Shown: piece after piece, positions 50,688 to 64,000 of the stretch
Numbering within the stretch: position 1 is the first letter of the stretch
Layout of the letters: each line of letters opens with the position of its first letter
Assembly (NCBI GenBank): GCA_013265495.1
Contig: MU057576.1
Coordinates: 158,982-222,981, forward strand
Reading direction: 5' to 3'
DNA: 64,000 nt
Source: Vicugna vicugna
Lineage: Eukaryota
Notes under the pieces: generated by a model
The model's input: only the letters and a program-made list of their open reading frames with translations
Told to the model about the DNA's origin: nothing
The model's database searches: none
Translations under genes and position numbers: made by a program

Positions 50688-53600
50688 CTGCAGAGAAAAG
50701 AGCCACTGTTGGTTCAAGAAAGACAAGGTGTAACTGTTTCCCAGAGACCAAAACTTAAAATCTAAGAATCCGCCACAAACCCTGGTCACCTCCAGGCGAT
50801 GAGGTGGCCAGCAGGTCTTCCCTTTGTCTGTACATCTTAATGTATTGCTGGTTCCTTTCCCTAATGCCAAGCATATCACTTCTAGAATTCACATGAACAA
50901 TGAGACAATGTCATAGCCAGCAATGGGAATGCCCACCCATCGCAAGAGCTGACTATTTCCCGAGGGCCTTCAGCCAAGTCCTCACCGAGCTCCCAGGGCC
51001 CATCACCCCCGCACCAGGAGACCATGCCTCGGCTTTGTTCTTCACAACCCCCGGGACACCCAACAGGCCGCTACAAGCTTGCGGGCCCCTGGGCCTTCTG
51101 CCCAATTACGACCCCTGTACAAAATTCACTCTTTAATGTTTGTATACAGTGATGGCAACGTCCCTGGCTGGGCAGGATGAGAGGGTCACGTGATGGAGTG
51201 GAATGGGATCCAGCTGGCTATGAATAAAGTAGCCGAGCAAATAAGTCAAGCAGGTGCCCCTGACCCTCCAAAAAAAGACTCCAGGCTTATTCAAATGTGA
51301 GAGAATACTGACCTAAGAGTATTTAAGACAAGAGTCAGGCCACTCAGCTGTGCCACTCAGACAAGCCACAGCGCTGAGATGGAGCCGGCAGAGGGAGACG
51401 CCATGGACCCAGGTGGGTCAAGATCTCAGGTGTCACCAGGGAGGCACCGTCCAGTCCCCCCAGGAAACAAGCAGTGCAGAACAGGAAACATCCAGATTCC
51501 AGACAATAGTAGCAGTTAATGGGACATGCACCATTGTATGGCCCAGAATGAAAGTGCTGAAGAGGCCAGAGCCAGGGCTGGGGCTGGGGCTGGGGCTGGG
51601 ATGCGGGCAAGGGCTGGGGCACAAGATCCACACAGCAGCCTCCTCCACCAGTAGTGGCTCCACCAGCGCCCTGCCACACACCTGCTGGAGCAGCCAGGAT
51701 CCTTTCCTGCAGGATTCTCTCATTGGCATGTCTGTCAACACTCGGCCCCCTCCTGATGGAACACTGGCACTGAAGTAAGGGAGAACGGATCAGAGGGCCA
51801 GGGCAGTGCTCTGACCACATGACACAAGAACTGCTCTGACCCAGGTCCTCTCAGCTGCAGTAACTGGCCCTGCGAAAAGCTACCTCTCCCAGGCTCCCTG
51901 AGGGCGCTACCCACAGGCTGTAGTCAGAGGGGCAACATGGGGTGGTCATATCCACCCACGATGCCATGGGGACTTGTCTCTGCACAACCATGGTCTGGTG
52001 GGAATGACCACAGAGACTGGGCCTGGAGCCCACGTTACCCACGTCAGAACTCCAGCCCCCTTTTGGCTGCAGCAAACTCCTGAGCCTCGGAGACTCGGCA
52101 GCCTCATCTCTAAAATGGGAACATCATACCTCATGTGGCTGATGTGAGGAGGAGAACCAGGTAACGTGCCTCAAGCACCCAGCACAGTGCCAAGAACTTA
52201 ACACACTCACAATAAGTACTAGAAGCTCCCCATCTGGGGTCTCAGCAAACACCGCCAGACACCCACATTTGAGTCTCCCAGGCCCAGTGTTAGGGCTGCC
52301 TGTCAGACTGATAAAGTAAAAGCAGCTCTGACAGGGAAGACTGAAGAAGGCTGTCCAAGAAAAGCCATTGGAATCTTCCCCAGTGACTTCAGCATTCCTC
52401 CTCAGGGGTACTCATTTTCCATCCCTTCCCTGGCACCTGGAGGTCCCCCCACCCCTCCAGCTACAGTTGTTAGATAACTGGGGTGGCCTCAACCCCATCC
52501 AGGGTGACTTGTGCCCCTTTTGTGGCCATGGGTGACTTTTCCAGGCACTCCTGTTCTGAGCCTCCCCTACGAGTGGGACGTCAGCCAGTTTGTAGGGAAA
52601 ACTATGTGGTGGTTGTCATGGGGGATGAAAAGGAAATCAAAGAAGAACCGCCTGCATCAGCACTCTGCAGCCCAGGACACGTGCAATCTGCTGAATCGGC
52701 GGCCACGGGGGATTGAGGCGGCTGAGGCTGCCCCCGGTTGGTCAGGAGTCAAGGCCAGCCCAGCTGGATTCACTGAAGGGGACAGCTCCATCAAGAATGG
52801 CGGTTTTGCAGTATCTGCTGATGGGCTGAAGGGAAACCACAAATAATAAAGTGCTGCTGATAATTCCGTGCCCAGGAAGGAATGTCACGCCTCCCTCTCT
52901 TTTCAGACTCTATCAAAACAGACATTCGTCTGCATCCCTCCTCCCAGGCGCCCCCACCACAAGCACACACCATCACAACTGCCAGAGCCAAGGGCTTTGC
53001 TCTTTCCAGGGTCCAGTATCTCTGAGGCAGGCCCAGCACTGAGATTCCTGGAGCTAAATCTTAATCCTAAGGTGACCCCCCCTTGGGACAGTGGGTGGGC
53101 GCCCTCCCCTAGCGCCCACTTCACACCACACATAGTCGGGCCCTCGTAGAGCAGTGGTTAAGAGCTGGACCTTAGAGATGGGTGGCTAGGCTCTGTTTTG
53201 AAATCCAGCTCACCTGCTTTACTACCTGAATGGCTTTCTCTGTGGACCTCATCTGCAGAACAGGGCTCACAATGCAGACTTCCCCGGGGGTCATGAGACT
53301 CACAGAAAATACAGAACATGTTACATGCGAATATACAGGTACATAGCAGGGTTCCTGGGTACACAGCCACAAGGCAGAGGACCCAGGAAGGTGCGGCGAG
53401 ATCCTTCTGCTCAATGATTACGGGCGGTATTTGAGGCAATGTAGTAAGAAAACATCTCATGTTGCATTTGCTCCTTGATGGTTCATTTGTTAAACAAAAT
53501 GCTAGTGCCAACTGGAGGATCTGTGTGAGAGACAGTAAGGCCGGAGGTAAGATTCCTTTTATTGTTGAGCACGCTGTTACGTCTAGAAAACAATTTGAAC

Positions 53601-54312
53601 TTTGTAAAACTAATAAAATATAAACAGCCGATTTTAAAAGTTCAAACAGTACAAAAATGAGACAAATGAAAAGCAAACATCTCTCTTCTTCTCCACACCC
53701 CAAAAGTAACCATTATTAATGTTTCTTGAGTGGCCTTAGGTACATATATGAAAACGTATGTAAATATTTTATAAAGCATATATACATACATAAAAATGTA
53801 TAAAAACAGGAGGCTTTTAACTGCCATATTTTAAGAAAAAGGTTTGAATTGCCGGTTCTAAAGATTTATAGCTTTTTAAAAACAAAGGTTTTTAAATTGA
53901 AGTACAGTCAATTACAATGTGTCAGTTTCTCATGGGCAGCACAGTGTCCCAGTCTTGCATATACATACATATGTTCTATGGTTTTAATTTGGAAGAGGTT
54001 ACCAAATTATCTTCCTAAAAAGTCTCTCCAATTCCCACATAAACCAACAGGCGAGCTCCCCTCTCACCAGTGTCCTATGTTACGTACAATTAATCTTTGC
54101 CAACCTCCTAGATCAAACTGGTCTCATTTTTTTTTAAACTTGGTATCTTTCTTTTGCATGGGTTAACACATTTTGAACTGTTGACTGATTGTGTGAATTC
54201 CTTTCTCTGTGAATTTTCTACTCACGTTTTGCCTTTTTAAAAATAAATAATCATCATTTCTTAATAACCTAAAAGAGCGCTTCATATATTAACGAAAATC
54301 ATTTTTTAGTAA

Positions 54313-54402
54313 GTTTTTTTTTTTAATGGAGGTACTAGAAATTGAACCCAGGACCTCGTGCGTGCCAAGCACACGCTCTACCACTAAGTTCTTCCCCTCC
54401 CC
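54313..54402 (-). mobile_element. Vic-1-type SINE inside an old L1M fragment
   Basis: TSD aacgaaaat. Confidence 0.8.
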
Positions 54403-55603
54403 TCTCAACGAAAATAGTTTTGTTGGTTGTGTATTTGCAATTACTTGTTTCCAGCTGGATGTTTGTCTCTTAATTTTGTTCATGGTGTTTCTGCCATACA
54501 GAAATGCTTAATTTTTATGTTGTCAAAATATGTATGGTGTCTGGGTTTATGGTGTGCCCCCAAAAGTTTAGAAGATTACATTAATTCAATGCCCTTTCTA
54601 AATCTCTTCAATTCCTTCTAAATGTGGTCAAAACCACTGCTAAAATCAAGGAAGCAAGGTTTCACTGTTGATTTATTTAAAAGATCAAATTCATCTTCTG
54701 TTTTGACTTCTATCTGGCTTTTTTGAAAAAAATGAAGCCCAGAACATTGTCTTCACCTCTTGTCTCTGGGGCAGAGTTCAGATTTTTGCGCTTGCCTCTG
54801 GATTACGGTGGTAATGTAAAGATGCGAAGACAGAGGCAAGTATGAGGAAGGTTTAGTTTATTTATTTAAGGCCCCATATGTAGATAATTTTAACAGAAGA
54901 GAAATATTCGTTAAGTGATGGTCACTTTATAAACATTATCTCAGTTAATCCTCAACAACCCTATTGGGCATTATGATCCCAATTTCCAGGTGAGAAAACC
55001 AAGGCTCAGGTCAAGTAATTGAAACCAAGATTTAAACCCAGGTCTAGCTCTCTAGAAAAGTTTTCTACTGCAATGAGCGAGGAGGCTGCTGCTCCTGAGA
55101 AAGCTGTAAATCCTCACATAAGGAATTCTTCACTAACAATGCCAACAGCATGAAACCCACAGGCTACCACAGACTCTAAGCTGGCCTGGGTGGCAAAGGA
55201 AGTGACTGGCTCAGAAGCTGAGTCATTTGGTTAAGATCACACAGCGGGAAATGACTGCTGGGTTTGTCCCCAGGTTCACCTGACCCCAGAGCCCGTGCCT
55301 GTCCCCGTGCACCACACCCACAGCACCTGGGGTGCTGGTTCCTGGAAGGCGAGGATGACCTGGCACAGAACCCAGGATGGAAGCAAATGAGCCATCAAGT
55401 GGTGAAAAAGAAGGCAAAAACGCCCGAATCTTTATCAGCAACTTCGGCCCATCCCTCTGGACCTGCTAGATGGCCAGATGCTCTCAGACTTGAGGGGGGA
55501 GAGATGGCAGACACACATTCACCAGCAAGAGGGTCACGGGCACTTCTCCCCAAAACAAACCCAGGACCCACTAAAGCGTTTTGATGCAGCCACCCATTGG
55601 GGC

Positions 55604-56261
55604 TGAAGCAGGGAAAACAAATGTGGGGTCAGAGGAGGGCCGTGCCCAGGTCTCGGTTGAGCCCCTGGGACGTGCCCTGCCAAGTGTGGGCCTTTGGCTT
55701 TGTGCAGGAAAGAATTCAAGAGGGAGCCACAGTTGAGTAAAGATAGATTTATTTAGAGAGATACATACTACCTAGAGCGCAGGCTGTTTCAGAAGTCCAG
55801 AGAAAGGCCACGAGGTGTGGGGGTTGAGTGCTCAGGTTAAAGTAACAGTGGATACGCACTCTATAGACAGAGCGTGGGCCGTCTCCTAAGAGGAGGGAGC
55901 GAGAGTGCCAAGAGGCGCAGTGCTGCCAGTTTTTATGGGCTCGGTAGCTTCACATCCCAACAAGTGGAAGGGCCATTCCAACTGCCCTGGGGAAGGGGCT
56001 GGGATTCCCAGGAACCGGGCCACCGCCCACTCTTTGCCCTTTTATGGTTAGACTCGGAGCTGTCATGGCGCCTGTGGGAGTGTCATTTAAAATGTTAACA
56101 TATTACAATGAGCATATGATGAAGCTCAAGGTCTACTGGAAGTCAAATCTCCCGCCACCTTGGGCCTCAAAGCCTGGCAGAAGTTGAATCTTCCATCATT
56201 TTGGTGTTAACTGCTGTCATCCCTTGCATGGCTGTGCCCTGCCCCCTCCCCTCCTGTATCA
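55604..56261 (-). mobile_element. ERV1 solo LTR in intron 2, sense to HK2
   Basis: Reverse complement of the 19969-20627 family; TSD gggc/gtgc. Confidence 0.85.
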
Positions 56262-59200
56262 GTGCCATCTCATACAATTATAGCATCCTCTGTTCCCACC
56301 TTACCAGACACTCCCCAAGCCCCTTCTGATGAAGGTCTTCCTAATTAAGAACGTCCCCTGCAAAAACGGACAAAAGAAGGGGTAGCAACCCTCTACAAAG
56401 AGAGAGCTTGCAGTGAAACGATTAGCTCACAGCTACGAGGGACTGGCAGCAGGTCTCGCCATCCGCCATCAAACTGCCCGGCGGCTCCCATTCAAGGGTC
56501 CCCTCTGGCAGAGCGTGTCTGCTGGCTCACTTCCCATCCTGGGCTACCATTCCTCCCACTTTCAGTGAGGCGCTCATCAAATACAGAAGGCCAGCAAGGT
56601 CAAGGGGTTTCCGTTTCTCCTGGGAACTCACCTGTCCCAGGGCAAGGCTGAAGAGGACTAAAACCTATGTCACTGCCTGAACACGACAGTCACCATCAGC
56701 CCAGTCAATGGGACATCAGGCACGCGTCTGAGCAGGCCTCAGCGCCAGCCCTCTTCAAATCCCACACGGACAGCATCCCCACCATTTGTCAGGCATGAGG
56801 GGTGAGGCCGGCTGAGTTTTCTAACAGTCTATTTTCAATCACTTGGTACTTGCCACTAATTAAAATAGATCGCCAGCTGTTCCTCCCATCAGGAGCTCGG
56901 AGCCGCGTGCCAACCAGGGCACCAAGAGTGAATTGAGGACAGGTCTGGCTTGGTTTCGTATTTTTAACAAAATACAAAACAAAATACAGCGGTGCCCTTT
57001 AATCGAAGGTAACTCTGTTCAGAAGTGGCAGAGCCCGGCCTGGTTAAGGCTGGAGCCAGAGCCCAGCCCCTCACCCCGGGGCCCCTTCAGCTGATTAAAT
57101 GGACTTCTTCAGAATCATAAGCCCCAGAAGCTTTTAAACAAGCAGCTTTGACACAGCATGCCCAGAGTTCTGGGGATCCACGAAGACGGCATAGTCTCGC
57201 CTCCCACACCCTCACTTCCAATTCCGTTTCTTTTCCCTACTCTTAATTGTCTTACATATGGCACTCAATATAAAAGATTCCATTCTGTTTAAAGTTGGGA
57301 GTGGGCTCCACTACTTGAAAAATGTTTTAAAAATCACAATTTTGAGCATCAAACACTGAATCTATTCTAGGACCTGCCAACAAAATATTCCCCATTCTGC
57401 TATTAGTTATTTCAACACTAAGCACTGGAGACAGTCACCAGAAGCTTCTTGGCTGCCTGGTGCTGTATGCAGCTGAGTCCCCGCCCGGACAAGGGGGTGG
57501 GAACAGTTAGATGCACCGCGACAAGTACACGACAGCAGTGATACAGAAGGAATGATACTTCTGCTCCGACAAGGAAGGCTTCTCAAGAGGCAACACAAGG
57601 CAGCCAGGGCTTAGTGGATGGGGATGAAGTTGCCAGGGAGAGGAAAGGGGACACACAGAGGGGTGTGGAAACTCCTGGCAGGTCCAACACAGGGCTCCCA
57701 TGACATGGCTACAAGCACACAGCAAATGCCAGTGCCCAGGACTTTGGTTTTTAAGCAGAAGGTCAGACTGGCAGTTCCAGATGGGCTCCAGTAGCACTGA
57801 AGATGAGCAACTGTAGAGCCAGGAAGGCAGCTGAGGAATCTTCAAGAGAGTCTAGCCAAGCAGTGATGGAAGCCTGGGCTCCAGGGCCATGCAGGGTAGT
57901 CAGTCTCCCTGGCTTACCCAGGACTGACACAGAACTTTCAGCACTAAATCTTGGAGAGTCCCAGGCAGACGGGGATGGCTGGTCACCCTAGGGCCATATT
58001 AGATAGATCCAACCCAGGGCCACCAGCCCTTCCTCGACACCCAATGCCCGAGGCATCCAGCCATACTTTCAAATCCAGTTCCTGTTTATTTGGTCCCAAA
58101 GGGACTTGCTCCTACCTGCCTTGCAACAGCAGGAATATTTCCAAGGGCCCCAGGTGACTGCACTGAACATTCTGATCTCCCTCCATGGACCAGCTCCAGG
58201 CTGAGAGGGACCCGTGCTTACCCTTGGTCTGCAAAGGCCTGCTAGCACACCACAACAGGCTGCTCTGAGAATGCTCGGCATGAACCCCAAATGAGAGGAC
58301 AACTCAACATCTCCAGGTCCCAGCTGGATGATCCAGCAAAACTAATTTTGCCAGACACAGGGTTCAAAGCACATTATTTCTCAAAGACCTGGAAACACCC
58401 AAGTCACTAGCACATCTGGCTGCTTCTTTTTCAGCTCCAAGATCCCAGATACTCCAATAGTTTCCACTCAGGAGCTCAGAGGTGAAAAACAACTCCAGGT
58501 TATTAAAAGTACTCAATCATGATCAGTTAATTCTGCTACCTGGTACAGTCAAGGAAAGGGGTAATGTGATAGTCGACGTTACTGGCTTTCAAACCATTTT
58601 AAGCAACAGGATGCTGAATGCCAAAATGTAGGAACAGAGAAACAGAGCTGCTCCAATGGAAGGGAGGGGCCTGGAGCACATAACCACTTTGTAAGTGCCC
58701 CGGAAAGCTTCCCAACCCAACACCACAAAGTACCATCCTGGGACTTCTATGCCCAGGGAATGTTTCTTAAACTTGAACTATGGGCCACTCACAGAGGGCT
58801 GTTATCCTCGCTCCACAGATGTGGAACCAACTCATCAAAGGATTAAAATGTGATTACATTTCAATACTGTGTAGGCGTTGAGTGTATTAAGATTTCACGC
58901 TGGCAGACCTGGATCTAAATCCTGTTTTCACATGTATTAGTCAGTCATACAATTCTGGATATTAGAAATCTGATACTCAAATTCCATCCTCTGTTAAAAG
59001 GAGACAGTAAAAACTTCCTCTCTAGCAAGTATCTCCTCATCACTCCCCTGGACACAGGGACACAGACACACATACACAGTTTCTGGTCAAGATTCAATGC
59101 AGTGAATGCACAAGGTGTTTGGCCCAATGCCTGGCACGTGTAAATGTTTGATCAACTCCAGCTACCACTAAATGGAGACTCTATCAATACAATCCTCAGT

Positions 59201-60289
59201 TTATATTGCAGGAACCATATAAATTCACGTATTACATCGCACGGATGCTAACTACTGAACTATGTCTCCACCGTGGAGCTGCTGAGACAACGCTGAGCAA
59301 CCAAGAAAGGGGTCCTTTCAGGGCAATACCAGCCGCCATGCAACCTCCCACCAGCCTAGTCTCTCTTTATCATATTGGGTACCTGCATTATATGCCCCAG
59401 TGCCATCCTGTAATCATTCCATCTGTGTAAGCCTTAGCTCCCCAGGATCATTTTCACTCTTCAAAGGTGGGGCACAAGGCTGCCCAGGACACTGCTGCCC
59501 CACAGAGGACCAGCCTCAGAGAGGACTCTTAACTGAATGAACTGAACAGCCAGGCTTCAGTTACTAAGAATGAATGCATTGTGCCAGCAGGTGAGCATAA
59601 AATGCGCCACTAGCAGTAGGTCTAAGGGCCCCCTGGCACTGGAACACAGCTGGCTGGGTTCCAATCCCAGCGCGTCCACTTGTGCCCTAAGCGACTTTGG
59701 GCAAATTGCTTCATCTCTCTAAATCTAGTTTCTTTTTCTCCAAAATAGGATTTAGGGTGTCTACCATTGGATCACGGTGAGAATTACTGAGTACTGAGAC
59801 AGCTCCAATATAGTGTTGAACACAGTACCTGGCATTTGATAAATCTACGTTTTAAAATTATCATTATCATCATCATCCCCTGCTCTTTAGGGAGTTAAGT
59901 CTAGCTAGAGGATGGAGATACACTCATTGCGGGGAAAAAAATATTCACCATTCAGGGAAGTGGGGAAGGATCAAAAGATCAATACGGAAAAGCTTTCACC
60001 TCGCTTTGCCTCTGACATACGTATATCTAAACAATCTTGCCAAGACAGTGAGGGCAATCAAGACATTACAAAGATAATCTATTTTTAATGAGAACGTGGG
60101 GTTAGAATATTTGTAGATTTTCAGCTGGGTAGTACTTGAGCTTCTTACCTTAATGGTACAAAGCCAACCCCGATTAATGATCAACTTAAAAAGATAAAAA
60201 TCTGACTTGCTCTAGGAACTTCTGTTCAGCAACATGAGCCAATGTAAAGCACGAATCTTATGACCATGGAATCAAGACTCCCTGTGCTG

Positions 60290-60845
60290 ACCTAAATGTC
60301 CATCGACAGATGACTGGATAAAGAAGCTGTGGTGTATTTATACAATGGAATACTACTCAGCCATAAGAAATGACAACATAATGCCATTTTACAGCAACAC
60401 GGATGTCCCTGGAGAATGTCATTCGAAATGAAGTTACCCAGAAAGAGAAAGAAAAATACCATATGAGATCACTCATATCTGGAATCTAAAAATAGAACAG
60501 ACAAATGAACTTATATATAAAACAGAAACAGACTCACAGACATAGAATGCAGACTTGTGGTTGCCGGGGGGAGGAGAGTGGGAAGGGATAAACTGGGAGT
60601 CCAAGATTTGCAGATACTGACTTGTGTATGTAAAACAGATAAACAAGTTTATACTGTATAGCACAGGGAACTGTATTTGATATCTTACAGTAGCTTATGG
60701 TGAAAAAGAATATATGAAAATGAAGTATGTTCATGTATGACTGAAGAATTGTGCTGTACACCACAAATTGACACAACATTGTCAACTGACTATAACTCAA
60801 TAAAAATAAACATAAATAAATAAATAAATAAATAAGTAAGTAAAT
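60290..60845 (+). mobile_element. L1 3' fragment with (TAAA)n tail
   Basis: Homologous to 13004-13533. Confidence 0.9.
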
Positions 60846-61284
60846 TTATTTTTTTAAATGTGGGAAAAAAAAAAGACTATGCTAAAATTCCAACTCCACC
60901 ACTAAGTGGCCACAGGCGACCTCGGCAACCTCTTTTAGCCTCAGTTACCTTATTTTTCAACTGGGAGTGTCTCTCTTGTAGAATTTGCATAGAGATTAAG
61001 ACAGACAATGTAAACAGATTATCGCAGGTGCTCACGAAATGGTGTCAATTATTCCTGCATTTCCTTTTAAGAAGGAACTGTCGCCTGAAGGCCAGATCCC
61101 TGCGCTGTATGTCGTGGGCCCCCCCCCCACAGGACTGCGGTTGGGGCTGGTCCTGCAAACGCATGCGTGACATGCAGAGTCACAGCTTAGGCCAGAGCTG
61201 CCCACAGAGAGGTCAAGATGGTGAGATTCCTGGCAGATACTCACTGCCAGAAACAAAAGGGGTTGGGGGGAGGTACAGACAATA

Positions 61285-62130
61285 AATATTGGTGGTATGG
61301 GAGGCCAGTGGAGCTCTCCTCCATCACTGGTGGGAGCATAAAATAGTTCAACCACCTTGGGAAAAGGTCTGGGAGTTTTTTAATAAATTAAACACATCCC
61401 GAAGCCTAAGACCCAGAAATTCCACTCCTAGTTTACTCAAGAAAATGAAAACATATGTCCACGAAGAAGCTTGTGCGAGAATGTTTATAGTCGCTTTCCT
61501 CATGATAGGTCAAAAATGGAAACAGCCCAGGTGTCCACAGCATTTGGGTCATATAGGACTCCGATCAGAGCCTGGAATCAACAGCCTTCAAACTACTGAT
61601 ATACATAACATGGATACAGCCCATCACGGTGGGTAAACGAAACCTTGTGCAAAGAGTAAATACTGTAGGATTGTATACATGGAAAGTTCTAGAACAGGCA
61701 AAACTAATACAGTGGAAAATTTAAAACAGGGATTGCTTCTGGGGGTTGGGGACAGGGATCGCCTGGGAAGGTGCACAAGGGAACTCCTGGGCTGACGGTA
61801 ACGTTCTCACGTTGACAGAGGTTGTATTAAACAGGTATATGTATTTGTCGGTTCATCAGATGATACTTAAGATCTGTATCTCATACGAAATTTTACACCA
61901 AAAGAAAAAAGAACAAATATTGAACTCTAGTTAATAATGTGCATGCTGAAGTTTTAGGGTTGAAATGAACTGATTTCTGCAATTTTCACTCTGCAATGCC
62001 TCAAATAAAACAAGATGGACCAATGACTGGAAGGATGGCAGAGTGTGATAAAATAAATCTAGTAAAATACCAATGTGGAGTCTAGGTATTCTGTATGTGG
62101 ATGTTCATCACGTAATTCTTTCAACTTTTT
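61285..62130 (+). mobile_element. Ancient L1M 3' fragment
   Basis: Degenerate ORF2 C-terminus (KMKTYVH...CARMFIV...WKQPRCP) followed by a 3' UTR. Confidence 0.75.
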
Positions 62131-62872
62131 AAAACTGCTTGGTAGAAAAGAACAGGTAGGGGGCATTTTTCATATACATACCCCAGCTGACAACAAATTC
62201 AGTGATCTTAGTAAGACATTCCTGAACTGTTCATAAACATTTCATTTTTATCTGTGCCAACCACGTTTCTTTGCATTGCATGGTCCACACGATCTGTGAA
62301 GCACAGATGTTTCAAAATCAGCCCCGAGAGGGGTCAGCAGCTACCGACACTTCCTTCCTTCTCACAGAGAACTCAAGCCGTCATTTGGAGGTTCATTTCT
62401 CTTGTGTGGAATAGAGGCCACCATCATAAATGAATGGCTGAAACTTGCTGAAGTCTTCCCCACATTATCTCCCAGGTCTTTGATTACCTGGGACCTGTAT
62501 AAAAGAAAGCTGGAACCCGGTCCTCGCTCCAAGAGGCAGAGCCTCCAGCGACAGGGACGAACCCTGCTCCCTCTGCAAGAAAGGTACTGGGAGGTTCACC
62601 AACCCTCTCTCAGTAAAATGGGAGCTGCTGCGCCTCTTGCTGTGGTGGCTGAACTTACAACACGTAAGAGGTTACACAAGTGATTCTCTCAATTCTCAGA
62701 GAGCTAACCCTCTGATGTTTCCTCTTTTTACAAATCAGAAAATGGAGGACGAGGGCATAAATGAACTGCTCCAAAACACACAGCTTGAATTCAACCCTTT
62801 TTTTCTCCCATTAACATTTTTCTATAAATAAAGAAGATTCACTTTGAATTTGCTACTGTCTTCACACCTAAA

Positions 62873-64000
62873 CTTTTTTTTAAATTGAAGTATAGTCATC
62901 TTACAACATTGTGTTAATTTGTAATGCATAACATGTTTCAGTTATACATGTCTATCTGTATATTCCTTTTCAGATTATTTTCCATTATAGGTTATTACAA
63001 GATAGTGAATAGAGTCCTCTGTGCTCTACAGTAGGACCTTGTTGTTTATCAGCTTTGTATACAGTAGTTAGTATCTGCAAATCCCAAACTCCCAATTTAT
63101 CCCTCCACCCTCCCATTACCCACCAGTAACCATAAGTTTGTTTTCTCTGTCTGTGAGTCTATTTCTATTTGTAAATAAGTTCATTTGTGCCATTTTTTAG
63201 ATTCCACATATAAGTGATATGCAGTATTTTTCTTTCTCTTTCTGGCTTACTTTGCTTAGTATGACAATCTCTAGGTCCATCCATGTTGCTGCAAATGGCA
63301 TTATTTTATTCTTTTTATGGCTGAGTAGTATTCCATTGTGTGTGTGTGTGTGTGTGTGTACCACAACTTCTTTATCAGTCATCTGTCGATGGACACTTAG
63401 GTTGCTTCCATGTCTTGGCTATTATAAATAACACTGCTATGAATACTGGGATGTGTGTATCTTTTCAAATTAGAGTTTCCCCTGAATATATACTTAAACG
63501 TAAGACAAGACACTATAAATCTCCTAGAAGAAAACATAGGCAAAACATTCTATGACATAAATCTTAATATTCTCCTAGGGCAGTCTACCCAGGCAATAGA
63601 AATCAAAGCAAAAATTAACAAATGGGACCTAATTAAATATATAAGCTTTTGCACAGCCAAGGAAACCATAAACAAAACAAAAAGACAACCTACAGGACGG
63701 GAGAAAATATTTGCAACTGATGCAACAGACAAGAGATTAATTTCCAAAACAGACAAAACAGCTCATGCAACTCAATAGCAAAAAAACAAACAGCCCAATG
63801 TAAACACGGGCAGAAGGCCTAAACAAGCAATTCTCCAGTGAACACGTACAAATGGCCAATAAGCACATGAAAAGATGCTCAGTATCGTTGTCAATTATCA
63901 GAGAAATGCAAATCAAAACTACAATGAGGTGTCACCTCACACCAGTCAGAATGGCCATCATTTAAAAGTCCACGAACAATAAATGCTGGAGAGGGTGTGG
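62873..64000 (-). mobile_element. 5'-inverted L1 (3' segment on -, 62873-63490; inverted ORF2 segment on +, from ~63490 past the edge)
   Basis: Both segments align to the L1 at 6548-13533, in opposite orientations. Confidence 0.88.

Overview
Mammalian genomic DNA, very probably a camelid (alpaca, llama or camel), judged from tRNA-derived Vic-1-type SINEs and camelid-type L1 3' ends. There is one assembly gap (N 10032-10207). The minus strand carries the 3' part of hexokinase 2 (HK2): coding exons 3-18 (50687 down to TAG at 26235-26237), all with GT-AG junctions, and a ~2.1 kb 3' UTR ending near AATAAA at 24112-24117. Exons 1-2 lie beyond the right edge. Exon 10 is 304 nt instead of 305 nt: an apparent 1-bp deletion creates a stop in the linker between the two hexokinase halves. 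This is most likely a sequencing or assembly error, but it is testable. The left 24 kb is intergenic and repeat-dense: a decayed near-full-length L1 nested in an L2, a U6/L1 chimeric retrocopy and many solo LTRs, including two head-to-head pairs. The most notable observations are: paralogous intron similarity between the HK2 halves (possible intragenic gene conversion), a 123-bp identical tract between inverted LTRs, an L1 tip inside the exon-8 acceptor region, inverted SINEs around exon 17, a 216-bp intronic duplication carrying TF motifs, and a twin-primed 5'-inverted L1. I found no convincing new protein-coding system. Repeat family names come from recalled consensus similarity, not a database search.
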